From IMG/VR virus record IMGVR_UViG_3300034102_003113: 64,000 nt of DNA. One strand, given 5' to 3'. Numbering within the stretch: position 1 is the stretch's first letter; the number at the start of each line of letters is the position of its first letter. Under the pieces are notes generated by a model, which saw only the letters and a program-made list of their open reading frames with translations, did not search any database and was not told where the DNA came from. The position numbers and the translations under genes were made by a program. Source of the stretch: a virus. This document shows positions 18,465 to 28,613 of the stretch, piece by piece.

Positions 18465-20630
18465 TTAACCTTCTTGTATAAGTTCTGGTTCAAAGAAACC
18501 ATCACCTACAGCCCAGAGATCCGCTGAGAGATACGCATATTGTGTTCTTTTATTTAAGTTATCTGGGAGCCAGTTCTTAGTTATATAATCCACTCTATCC
18601 CAAGACTTTCCATTACGATTGTAATAGTAAGGAACTCTAAAGAATACATTTTTACTATCTTCGAGTGTGGTAACTCTTGATACCCCCGCAACAATTTGAT
18701 TAGAGTAGTTATTGATACTTAAGTCACTTTCTCCGCCTACTTGAAGTATTTCTGACTTATACGGCCATAAGGGCGGAGCGGATAACTCAGCGTTTCTAAG
18801 TCCGTTTTTAGGTTTTTTAATGATTACCTGATATTCACTATTGTTATCATTTTTTCCACTAACTAACTCACTGACTTCAACTTCCTCACTCGTATGGGAT
18901 TTTAAATCAAATACTGACGTTAGGAACGCGAATGAAAGCATACTTCCCTTGGCTTCCATGAGACCATTCCACTTCCCATCATAGATTTTAACGGAATTTG
19001 TAGGTTGTAAAGAAACGATTTTTGTGTTGGGGTTATATACTTTTTGTTTAAATGTATTTTCTGATAATAGATTTGTTCCGTCGTATGTTAGTGTATGAGT
19101 CTCATCTAACTTGATTCTATTACTGTTATCCTGGGAAGAATTTGATGTCCAAAGTGAACTACTTAAGAAAGGAAATTGACTCAATGCCTCGCCCTTAGGA
19201 GTTTTTACTTCTCCGACAGTAGGAAGAGTTACTGTTTTCTCTCGCTCGTACCAACCAAAAGCATTTTTAATAAGCGCTACCTTTATTTTCCTTTCCCATC
19301 TTACATCCCAAAGATTACCTGTAAGACCAACATGTTGCGCTAACCAATCTAAGGTCAGTGGAGAACAAGTTTCTGGATCTAAGTAATCTTGGTAGAAAGA
19401 AGAGATCTGATCTTTCTTCTTAGATAAAAAGTCATCTGCACCACTAGTCAACCACTGAGCAGGGGACTCACTTTCTGAGAATAAAGGATCTGAACGATAT
19501 GCTTCTGAAATACCTGGAAGTCTGGAGTAGATAGGCCTTGATATCGAAGTTTTTTTGTAATCAAGCGCAGATCTTTTAAATGAACTTTTGGTGATTTGAA
19601 TGATATTCTCAAAAAGATCTTTTATACGATCATATACTGCCACTATGAAACTAAAATTAGTATGTATCCTAGTCTCTCTATAGAGATACTCATCCTCTAT
19701 GATAATTGAACACTGCTCATACCACTTATCAGGAAGAGTAGAGAACGTAGAGAGCAATTTAGTTTTTATTTCTTCTCTTACGCCATCTTCATATAAAACA
19801 TCAGAGATAAATCCTTCCGATGTTTTTGGATACACAAGGACTATGAATGAGGAGATAAATTTATCCTTCCTATTCTCCAGTCCCACTAAGTTAGTCTTTG
19901 GTGGATTGTTTACATCACCCAGTCTCTCATCTATAACTCTTATAGCGGTATCAATAAAATCCTCTGAAAAATAATATTTAGGAGGAAGAAGTACCCTAGA
20001 GTATTTTGATGCTGGAGAGTTAATATTTAATGTTACACTAGACTCATTGCTAAAACTCGAGACTTTTCCTCTTAGTACAGAATGTAATCTAATCTCCTCA
20101 GGACCATTTAAAAAATATATGAGAGGAGAATCTGCGCCATTAGGTGCTTCATCAGTGGCATATGTATTATATGATTCATACTTCCACTTTTTATTTTTTA
20201 CATATGATAGTTTTCCAATGAGGCATTTTCCAGGATTACAAAGATCATCCGTCCCCTCGCCATTTTTGCATATCATACCCTCCCTAGAGCAACTCTCCAT
20301 GCCACCATGCTCAGTGCCACCCAACGGATGCCCATGGGAGTAAATTGGAAATCCCCCAAGATCTTGATCTTCTGCAATTACTTCCTCATCGGAATAAGTA
20401 TGGCCAATATTTTTATATACAAATCCGTTCAGATCCAGGTTCTCTTTTTGAAACTCAATTACCTCATTTCTAGGAGAATTTAGATCTCTGGTCTCGAATG
20501 CAATTCGACCAAGTTTATGCGCGAAAATCTTCTGCTTCTTAGTTCTATCAAACTCCAGGGTAATATGACCTGAAGAAAGAGAGGGGTTTCTTCTTCTCGA
20601 CTTTATACTATCCCAGGATGTTAGATTCAT
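18465..20630 (-). CDS. Baseplate wedge protein (P2 gpI-like domain)
   Basis: 'YSRLPG..Y', 'LDPETC..LDWLAQHVG' motifs; follows gpJ-like gene. Confidence 0.7.
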   Translation of the reverse strand: MNLTSWDSIKSRRRNPSLSSGHITLEFDRTKKQKIFAHKLGRIAFETRDLNSPRNEVIEFQKENLDLNGFVYKNIGHTYSDEEVIAEDQDLGGFPIYSHGHPLGGTEHGGMESCSREGMICKNGEGTDDLCNPGKCLIGKLSYVKNKKWKYESYNTYATDEAPNGADSPLIYFLNGPEEIRLHSVLRGKVSSFSNESSVTLNINSPASKYSRVLLPPKYYFSEDFIDTAIRVIDERLGDVNNPPKTNLVGLENRKDKFISSFIVLVYPKTSEGFISDVLYEDGVREEIKTKLLSTFSTLPDKWYEQCSIIIEDEYLYRETRIHTNFSFIVAVYDRIKDLFENIIQITKSSFKRSALDYKKTSISRPIYSRLPGISEAYRSDPLFSESESPAQWLTSGADDFLSKKKDQISSFYQDYLDPETCSPLTLDWLAQHVGLTGNLWDVRWERKIKVALIKNAFGWYEREKTVTLPTVGEVKTPKGEALSQFPFLSSSLWTSNSSQDNSNRIKLDETHTLTYDGTNLLSENTFKQKVYNPNTKIVSLQPTNSVKIYDGKWNGLMEAKGSMLSFAFLTSVFDLKSHTSEEVEVSELVSGKNDNNSEYQVIIKKPKNGLRNAELSAPPLWPYKSEILQVGGESDLSINNYSNQIVAGVSRVTTLEDSKNVFFRVPYYYNRNGKSWDRVDYITKNWLPDNLNKRTQYAYLSADLWAVGDGFFEPELIQEG

Positions 20631-21916
20631 AGCGAATATAGGTCAGTGTATGTGTAGGTTAATGGACTAAAATCATTTATCGAAGTAAAAGTAATTTGTG
20701 CATTATATAACTTATAAGAGACAATTCCAGACGGAGAAGAAAACACCTGATTATCAGAGTTAATCACATCCAGGTAGTTATATAGGCATTTATTGAGTGT
20801 TTCATTCTCTACACCACTAAACCCTGCACATAAACCCTCCACTTCTGTACTATCTTTGATCATTAATTTTAGATCAAAAGTATTTACTGTTTTTACAAAT
20901 GAGAACTCATAGATCTTTCTTAGAAGATCTTGGTAAGACAGATCGGACCCAAGCGGAAGGTTAAGTGGATTAATATAGTCCTGTAATGCCTGCAATATTT
21001 CATTTGATCGTAGATCTGTATTTCCTGTGATTTCTGTTGGATCATAGTACATCTCTATGACCACATCTATAGGAATTATCTCTGGTGCAAGAATAGAAAT
21101 ATTTGTGCCTAGCGTAACACGATTTCTTATAGACTCTACGACATACTGAAGGGTTGTGTCAGAAAGGGCATTACCACTTTCATCGCCCATGCAGATTACA
21201 ATGTTTCCAGATAACGCCGAGGAAAGTTGATATCTTTCTTCATATGTAAGAACTTTAACAATAGAAGCTTCTGGTGCAAGTACTGATACTTCGTTTTCAA
21301 AGTCAGATGATGTTGTAAGGTTTCTCCTACTCAGAACTTCAAATGCTCTCTGCTTCATTGCATTTACAGACTCTAAATCTTTACCCCCAGCTGCATCGGA
21401 GTTATTTCGTAAAAAATCTAGTCCTACAAAAGCTTTCTCGATTTTATTAATTTCTCCAGCACTTACGTTATATACTGAGCCCCACTTACTAGAACGACAG
21501 ATCACAGTGGATGAGTCTTCAGACTCCAATATCCTGACTTCTTCTAAAATCTCGTACTCTAATCCGCTGTTTGCAAATACTTTTGTACCTTGTGGTATAA
21601 CTACGACTCTGTTATAGCCAGGAGTTCTATAAAATGTTATATCAACTAGGGCCTTGGCTCCGATCCTTCTCTGAATTCCAAGTTGTCTGAGCCATTGTAA
21701 ACTGAACGCCTCTGGTAGGTTATTTAAATAATAAAGAAGTTCTGCTTGAGCAAAAGCCTGACCTTCACTAATAGCAGCAAGAGGGGAGGCAGGGGTAAAA
21801 TCATTTAGTTCTCCACCTGACTCTAAATTCATCCGAGTCTGTATCGCACGAACTAAAGCTGCGGTATTCCGACTATCTAACTGAAGCGGGAGAATAGGTC
21901 CGTAGATGTTTGACAT
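20627..21916 (-). CDS. Baseplate J-like wedge protein
   Basis: 'LRQLGIQRR', 'IPQGTKV', 'GSVYNV', 'GGKDLES', 'TSSDFE' motifs. Confidence 0.9.
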   Translation of the reverse strand: MSNIYGPILPLQLDSRNTAALVRAIQTRMNLESGGELNDFTPASPLAAISEGQAFAQAELLYYLNNLPEAFSLQWLRQLGIQRRIGAKALVDITFYRTPGYNRVVVIPQGTKVFANSGLEYEILEEVRILESEDSSTVICRSSKWGSVYNVSAGEINKIEKAFVGLDFLRNNSDAAGGKDLESVNAMKQRAFEVLSRRNLTTSSDFENEVSVLAPEASIVKVLTYEERYQLSSALSGNIVICMGDESGNALSDTTLQYVVESIRNRVTLGTNISILAPEIIPIDVVIEMYYDPTEITGNTDLRSNEILQALQDYINPLNLPLGSDLSYQDLLRKIYEFSFVKTVNTFDLKLMIKDSTEVEGLCAGFSGVENETLNKCLYNYLDVINSDNQVFSSPSGIVSYKLYNAQITFTSINDFSPLTYTYTDLYSL

Positions 21917-22974
21917 TAGAATGTATTTGAGGAGTTACGAGAAGACATGGGCACCCCATCTTCTTTATCTGCATTAAGAATCTTTGGTAGTGATCCTGTA
22001 TCAAAGTAGTCCCCATTGGACATAGTTGCAGGATCAAATGTTAAGAAATTATTAATTCTTGGGCCAATAAGACTGATTTCGTAGATATCTCTGTCACCTT
22101 TATCCAAACCTGGAATATTTTCCAGTTCTCCGAGTACTGAAGTAGCGTTCCATATATCCGAGTCCGTTAATACCGATGAGAAAGTCGATGCAAGGTCTCT
22201 GATGGATTCCGCTCCTGCGGGATTAAATACAGACTCTAGAGAAATACCAGAAGGATAACCTACATATCCATCAAGTACAGAATCTTTAAACGTAGTTGGC
22301 ACTGAGGAAGAGTTTTCAAAGCCGGGATATGCTACGCCGGAGTAATAATCTTGAGGAGTTAAATATCCCGTAGGAAACGATATTCCTCTGAAATCTTTGT
22401 CAAGATCTATATTATCGATAAGTGCAACAGTAGTATTTGATGGAGGAGTATGTAGTTTTGTGTGCGGATTATTTCCAACAACTGAAGCGATAAAATCTAT
22501 ATCTTTACCCAGGGCAGGATCAGAAGCTATAGAAAGGAGGATTTTATCTCCTAGCTGTGAGATCTCTTCATAACCTGGTAGTAAGTACCCCAAGGTATTT
22601 ACTAAATAGTTTTTAAGTTTATTTCCATAACCAGATAAAGAGTCCATCTCAGAGAATAGATCTTTGAGTAAAAGAGAACGGATTTTAGTTAACCAATCAG
22701 CCCCCAACTTCTCATCTATATAATCAGTAAACTCTTCCTCAAGATCATATTCTGTTTGTATGGCATCTAAAACCACGTTAACAAAATAGGTTTCAGAACC
22801 TAAGAAGCTTTGAAAAATATCAGAGGGTCGCTGGACATCAAATGCCCTTGTAGGGGAAGCTCCTATTACCTGATTTTGTACTTCTCTGAATGAATCGGCA
22901 CTGCCATATGCCACCGAAGCCAGTCCGCTTAGTGTACTAAAATCATCGGTAATATACCCTATTTTCAAGGCCAA
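21916..22974 (-). CDS. Putative baseplate protein (gpX/LysM-like N-terminus)
   Basis: 'STLSGLASVAYGS' LysM-like start; first gene of baseplate operon; TTG start. Confidence 0.45.
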   Translation of the reverse strand: MALKIGYITDDFSTLSGLASVAYGSADSFREVQNQVIGASPTRAFDVQRPSDIFQSFLGSETYFVNVVLDAIQTEYDLEEEFTDYIDEKLGADWLTKIRSLLLKDLFSEMDSLSGYGNKLKNYLVNTLGYLLPGYEEISQLGDKILLSIASDPALGKDIDFIASVVGNNPHTKLHTPPSNTTVALIDNIDLDKDFRGISFPTGYLTPQDYYSGVAYPGFENSSSVPTTFKDSVLDGYVGYPSGISLESVFNPAGAESIRDLASTFSSVLTDSDIWNATSVLGELENIPGLDKGDRDIYEISLIGPRINNFLTFDPATMSNGDYFDTGSLPKILNADKEDGVPMSSRNSSNTF

Positions 22975-23045
22975 AACTCTTTGCTCTATTAGAATTTAAA
23001 CCATAGTAAGTAGGTTAAAGGTTATCAGACAAACTCGTATTGTTG

Positions 23046-23597
23046 ATGGCTGAAGCAACGTTTCAACAACTCACTACCCTCCTTCCAGGGGAAGAACCTT
23101 TCATTGGCGACCTCGAAGAAGGCGAAGTATGCGTTAATGTTGCAGACGGGAGATTGTGGGCAGGTGACTCCATCGGGACACCAGTGGAACTCGGAGGGGC
23201 TGTAAAAAATAGTCCCATAGGCCAACTTCTCACTTCTAATTATCTAGATGTAGATGTTTCTTCTCCAGATAATTTACCCATCTCAAATACGAATCCGTTG
23301 GACATTCCTCCTGGGTATTACAGAGAACAGAGAATACTACTTAGATTCCCAGAGATCCCCCTAGAGAACTTTGTCACCTACTTCGACTATCCAGTGAATT
23401 GGGGAAGCGAGGTAATATGGAAAGCGTACTCTACCGGATTTACCTGGGGTGGAGGCGATGAGATCTTAAATCCAACGGCTAATAATCCTATCGATTTTTA
23501 CAAAGCCCAAGGAAGAATTATCTTGGTAGAACTGAGTTCTTTCGGTCCGAGTGCTTACTGGATGGGAAGAGTTCTATGGGTTAACTCTAATTCTTAA
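23046..23597 (+). CDS. Putative tail-fibre-associated protein
   Basis: 'LEEGEVCVNVADGRLWAGD' fibre N-terminal module; GGTTAAAG variant at 23013-20. Confidence 0.55.
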   Translation: MAEATFQQLTTLLPGEEPFIGDLEEGEVCVNVADGRLWAGDSIGTPVELGGAVKNSPIGQLLTSNYLDVDVSSPDNLPISNTNPLDIPPGYYREQRILLRFPEIPLENFVTYFDYPVNWGSEVIWKAYSTGFTWGGGDEILNPTANNPIDFYKAQGRIILVELSSFGPSAYWMGRVLWVNSNS

Positions 23598-23612
23598 TTT
23601 ATACCCCCAATC

Positions 23613-26600
23613 ATGTTAGATAAAATCCAGTTCCAGAACGGAACAATTGTAACCAAAGAATATCTTAACGAGGTTCAGAAAGGCTCGAGCTTTTCTGCCG
23701 ATACCTCCCGCGCGGATTTTTACTCGGAACCTACTAACTCTGAGCATGCTGGTTGGGCAATTAGTCAGAGAGACTCACTCAAAGACTGGGAAGTAGCTGA
23801 TCCTAGAGAGGATAATGAAACTGCCATTGGTCGTTTAGCCCATGATGGCGTTGTTCTAAATTCTTATAATCCGACCACTGGAGCAAAAATCTGGGGTCCT
23901 CCTGCACTTATTGAAACGTCCCCTAACACCGGCGTATATGGTGTATGGGTAGAAGCAGGAAGTATTATTCTTAGCGACGGACAACCCATCTCGTGGGGGA
24001 TTCAATTTGTACAGTTGTTAAGTGGTGTAGAAGTAAACTATCTATATATTTCTGAACAAGGTGCAAGAGATAATATTACAAATAATGAGGCCATAGAGAT
24101 CTCTATCGGTTCAGCTCTACCATCTGTATCTGAACCCCACATCCCCCTCGCCAAACTCACCTTTGGCGCTGATGGCGCTTCTCTAGAAACCAATGAAGAT
24201 GGCGACGTAGTTGGAGCCGGGTATGTTGATCTCCGTCCTTCTCTATATATCGGTAATCTTAATACTTACCCGCGCACTCTTCGTAATACGGCCATCAAAG
24301 AGGATTCCTATATTGCAAAGAGCTGGGAAAGAGTTATTGCCGACACCTCTAATGGTTCGCTGATCGTATCTCTACCTTCTATCCCCACAGACTCCGATCG
24401 TATTGCCATCGTTGATATCTCGGGTACATTTGATAGGTTCCCTATCGTCATCCGTCCAGGTGCTGATACCAAGATCAATGGTTCGGTAGATGATTGGATT
24501 GTAAATATCCGTGATGCTCACCTGGAACTTTTCTATCATGAGGCGACATCTGAATGGAAGTTTGAAGAAACCCCTGGTGGTGATTGCAATCCCGTCCTTG
24601 GTACGTTCCTAAGTTGTGGTGGTAAAGAGTTTATTGGTCAGAGACTAGCCACTGAATGTCCAGATGGTGATGTTGTTCCTGTAACGTTCCCTAATACCCC
24701 AGATGGCGTATATCGTTACGAGGCCTCATCTCAGAAATGTTATAAAGAATACTACCCCAAAGTTGCCGTTTATGCAAATGGCGAGGGTGGTCTGATTGCA
24801 ATTAACAATGCCCCACGTTGTTCAAAGGATTCGAGTTCCTCGCTCTCAGCAACTGCTGTTAAAAATATTATTTACGTTGACCCTGCTGTTGGGGACGATG
24901 CACTTACCAATAATGGATTCGACGCTGACCGTCCTTTCAGAACAATCGAAAGGGCCCTGATTGAAGCTGTAAGAGAGAGTCGCAGAGCAGGTCAATATAA
25001 TGATCGTTACGACCGCGTGATGATCGAGTTGGCTCCTGGAGATTATTATGTAGATAACTCACCAGGTGTGAGTAGCGTACCTTCTCTATCGTCTAATAGT
25101 GGACTCATCCAGAGAGTATTCACTGGTTTCACGGTACTCCAAGTAGTTGAGTCGGATAGATCGATTAGAATTGACATCGACGCCCTAGACCCAACTCTAA
25201 CCCAACCACCAAAGTCCCTAAATCTTGGACGTATTCTTTACGCTCAGAGTGGTGGTACGGGTAATATCGTTAAGATTGAGAAGCAGACTCTTAGTTCTTC
25301 TGTATGGACAGTAACTCTAGAGTATGTAAGAGGAACGTTTGCCTTTAACGACGAACTTTACTATGACAATCTGTCCGTAGTCAATCCATCGGGTGGTGGT
25401 CTAATTGTCCCAAGAGGTATCTCGGTGGATGGTGTGGATCTACGTAAGGTTCGTATTCGCCCAATGTACGTTCCTGAACTCACTCCTACTGAGATCGAGC
25501 CCCAGACAAAGCGGACTTCTATCTTCAAGGTTACTGGCGGTACTTATATTTCACTACTTACCTTTACCGACAACCCTCAGTACGCAAGAACGCATAATAC
25601 TGTTACTTCAGTAACATTTGCATCAGAAGCCGAGATTTTTGGTTCAGGTGATGAAGTCTCCTATTACTCCAAACTCAACTCCCTCTTCAATACATTTGAT
25701 GGATGGGGTAGTGAGGGTCTTGAGCCAATCCGCGCAGAGACAACAATTGTTGCTCCTATCGCCTCATCTAAGGATCTCCGTCAGACCGACCTTGAGGAGA
25801 ACCAGACTGGGCTTCCTTTCCCAGACTCCAGAGACCTTTCATCGGTAACCTATCCTGGTCCTACAAGACTTGTTCGCACAGACTCTTCTGGCAATCAACT
25901 CTTCAACCTACCGGATATCAACTCCACAAGATCTTCTTCACCATACGTCTTCAATTGCTCTGTAAGATCTATCTTTGGTCTTAATGGTATGTGGGCGGAA
26001 GGATCCAGAGTGTCTGGATTCAAGTCGATGGTTACTGCGAACTTCACCCAAGTATCGCTTCAAACCGATCCCAACTGTTTCAATGACCAAGGATACTATC
26101 TTGATCCCCCTACAAATAAAGAAGTTGGATCGGGTAAACAATACCGTGTAAGTCCTAATGATAGATTCAAGTATCGTCACTTTGGATTTAGAGGTAGTAA
26201 CGACTCAACAATCCAGATCGTTTCCTGCTTTGTAATTGGTAATGCTGATCACTTTATTGCTGAGAGCGGCGCTGATCTTTCTATTACTAATTCCTGCTCT
26301 GACTTTGGTGATATCTCACTTAGAGGCATAGGTTATAAGGCAAGACCATTCAGCCAAGACCAAGGAATTCCTGGTCCAGGTTATGCTGGAACACGTCTTG
26401 CTCAGGTGATCCCACCACTTCCACTAAAGTATGGTTGTAAGTCCGACTTAACTGGTAAGTGCCTTAAGACGGCAGATTGCCTTTGCAAACCAACTCTAGT
26501 AAATACTGAAATCAATACAAGTCTTGTTATAAATTACGATAAGACAGAGACATATATCCTTGATAATGCTGTTGGATTCTCTGCTCCATCATCTATCAGA

Positions 26601-28595
26601 GTATACTTTGATAATGCTGACAATGCCAATCCTTTCACCCTAGATAATCCACCAAGCGCTGATATTGCCGCCTTTGGTCAGTTCTCCTATACCAAGAAGA
26701 ATCTTGAGGGACAATACATCCATGCTGGTGGAGTAGCATATGCAAATCGTCGTCGGATCTACATCAATGGATTTGACGAGGAAGGAAATTCCATAGTCTT
26801 CTCTGGCGAGATTCAGATTTCTTCATCAACAACTCCCGGGTTTGATAAGCTTGATGACAGATCTAAAGTCTTTGGATGGGACGAGACCCAGGCATCTTGG
26901 TACTTCTTGGTACAAACAACAAATATTGTCGAGGAGTCAGTTGACGACGACGGAGATGGTTACCTACTCAAGCGTTTGGACTATGCCTTTAGATTCAAAC
27001 TCGCTCCAGGTTCTGCTCCTAATGTTGCAATCAGAGATATTGACTTTATCTTCGACCGTTCAGCCATCAAAATCCTTCGTGGAATCGACTCTAGAAAGAA
27101 CGATGATAGAGTCTATCGCGTAATCCTATCTGGATTTGATAAGAATCTTGGGATCAGAAGACCCCAACCCTACTATGTAATAGAGAAGCAAACATCGGCA
27201 GCGGGATATCCTCTCAATGGTTCTGCTGATCTACTTGACGATCCACTTACAGTAACTCAGATAATCCCATATAACAATGTATTTAGACCAGGTGTAAAAA
27301 CTGATCTTGATGCCGATAAGTTTATTACTTACCTAACCACCGGTTCAACTGCACGTCAAGTCTTTACCGCGGATGTTTTCCCATCTGTTGATCTTGACGA
27401 ACCAGAACTCACGGAGGATCCAGCTGACTCAATCACTAAGATTGCTCTTCAGCAACTCCAAGAAAGACCGGGGGTATACTTCGATGCAGAGGTGACTCCT
27501 AGTACCGAAAGATTTAATGTAAAACTCAGGGCAAATAGTACTGATATCGGCATCCTAATCAACCTCCGTAGACCATCGGTAATCCGCGCTTCCAACCATA
27601 CTTGGGAATGGACCGGCTATCTAAACTACGACACTGCCTTCCCAACCTTCCAAGGTGATCCACTCGAGGCAGAGTTTGCGCTTGGTAAGATCATTGTTGA
27701 GGAGAATGGTGGTAGAGTGTATGCTACCGGCATGAACGAAGAGGGTAGTTACTATATTGGTACTACTGTATTCGACTTGCGTTCTGGTGAGCAGTTCGCC
27801 ATTCCACTCAAGGCAGATACAGAACCTGGTAACGTAACAAACCAGGTACTTAATAATGTTATTATTAAGAATACTCTACTCATGGCGGATGATAGCAAGA
27901 TCATCTTCCAAGACGGAACTCAGATCATTCTTAATAAGAACACCGAAATCGTATCTAATACCGGTCCGATTACTCCTGATACCAGAGCCAAGTCCTACGC
28001 CACCGAGGAATACGCTGGATTTGTTCAGTTGGCAAAACGTCAGGATATCGAAGGCGCAAGAAACCTTATCGGACTCAAGGGCGTTTCAGATAAGGTAGTT
28101 GTTTCGGCCCTCCAACTTGCTCAAGAACTTGATACTCGTCTCTCAGGATTTATTTCTGCTGGTACAGGCGTAACAATCCAGGTCACACCTAATAACAATG
28201 GCACTGAAGATGAGACTGATGACTTCAACACCTACGCAGTTTCTATCGGCCAAGATGTCTCCACTACCGCTAACGTCACCTTCAATAGCGTAACTGCTGC
28301 GGCTGATATCTGCGCTTTCTCCGATATCAGATTAAAGCAAAATGTTCTTTCTATTGATAACTCACTAGAGAAGATCGAGAATCTCCGCGGTGTATCCTAC
28401 GAACTTAAGGCTGATCCAGGTGTACCTCACCTTGGCCTCATTGCCCAAGAGGTCAAGGCAATCGTCCCAGAGGTAGTGTCTCATGATGAAGTTTCTGATA
28501 TGTACAAAGTATCCTATCAATCTCTCATCCCCGTCCTTATCGAGGCAATCAAGGAACTTTCAGACAGAGTTAAGAAGTTAGAAGGAAACCAGTGA
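23613..28595 (+). CDS. Tail fibre/spike with C-terminal intramolecular chaperone (peptidase S74)
   Basis: 1660 aa; 'IYVDPAVGDD..PFRTIERAL' beta-helix start; C-terminal SDIRLK...GLIAQEV...LIEAIKEL. Confidence 0.85.
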   Translation: MLDKIQFQNGTIVTKEYLNEVQKGSSFSADTSRADFYSEPTNSEHAGWAISQRDSLKDWEVADPREDNETAIGRLAHDGVVLNSYNPTTGAKIWGPPALIETSPNTGVYGVWVEAGSIILSDGQPISWGIQFVQLLSGVEVNYLYISEQGARDNITNNEAIEISIGSALPSVSEPHIPLAKLTFGADGASLETNEDGDVVGAGYVDLRPSLYIGNLNTYPRTLRNTAIKEDSYIAKSWERVIADTSNGSLIVSLPSIPTDSDRIAIVDISGTFDRFPIVIRPGADTKINGSVDDWIVNIRDAHLELFYHEATSEWKFEETPGGDCNPVLGTFLSCGGKEFIGQRLATECPDGDVVPVTFPNTPDGVYRYEASSQKCYKEYYPKVAVYANGEGGLIAINNAPRCSKDSSSSLSATAVKNIIYVDPAVGDDALTNNGFDADRPFRTIERALIEAVRESRRAGQYNDRYDRVMIELAPGDYYVDNSPGVSSVPSLSSNSGLIQRVFTGFTVLQVVESDRSIRIDIDALDPTLTQPPKSLNLGRILYAQSGGTGNIVKIEKQTLSSSVWTVTLEYVRGTFAFNDELYYDNLSVVNPSGGGLIVPRGISVDGVDLRKVRIRPMYVPELTPTEIEPQTKRTSIFKVTGGTYISLLTFTDNPQYARTHNTVTSVTFASEAEIFGSGDEVSYYSKLNSLFNTFDGWGSEGLEPIRAETTIVAPIASSKDLRQTDLEENQTGLPFPDSRDLSSVTYPGPTRLVRTDSSGNQLFNLPDINSTRSSSPYVFNCSVRSIFGLNGMWAEGSRVSGFKSMVTANFTQVSLQTDPNCFNDQGYYLDPPTNKEVGSGKQYRVSPNDRFKYRHFGFRGSNDSTIQIVSCFVIGNADHFIAESGADLSITNSCSDFGDISLRGIGYKARPFSQDQGIPGPGYAGTRLAQVIPPLPLKYGCKSDLTGKCLKTADCLCKPTLVNTEINTSLVINYDKTETYILDNAVGFSAPSSIRVYFDNADNANPFTLDNPPSADIAAFGQFSYTKKNLEGQYIHAGGVAYANRRRIYINGFDEEGNSIVFSGEIQISSSTTPGFDKLDDRSKVFGWDETQASWYFLVQTTNIVEESVDDDGDGYLLKRLDYAFRFKLAPGSAPNVAIRDIDFIFDRSAIKILRGIDSRKNDDRVYRVILSGFDKNLGIRRPQPYYVIEKQTSAAGYPLNGSADLLDDPLTVTQIIPYNNVFRPGVKTDLDADKFITYLTTGSTARQVFTADVFPSVDLDEPELTEDPADSITKIALQQLQERPGVYFDAEVTPSTERFNVKLRANSTDIGILINLRRPSVIRASNHTWEWTGYLNYDTAFPTFQGDPLEAEFALGKIIVEENGGRVYATGMNEEGSYYIGTTVFDLRSGEQFAIPLKADTEPGNVTNQVLNNVIIKNTLLMADDSKIIFQDGTQIILNKNTEIVSNTGPITPDTRAKSYATEEYAGFVQLAKRQDIEGARNLIGLKGVSDKVVVSALQLAQELDTRLSGFISAGTGVTIQVTPNNNGTEDETDDFNTYAVSIGQDVSTTANVTFNSVTAAADICAFSDIRLKQNVLSIDNSLEKIENLRGVSYELKADPGVPHLGLIAQEVKAIVPEVVSHDEVSDMYKVSYQSLIPVLIEAIKELSDRVKKLEGNQ

Positions 28596-28613
28596 TAGTA
28601 GGTAGGTAGTTCT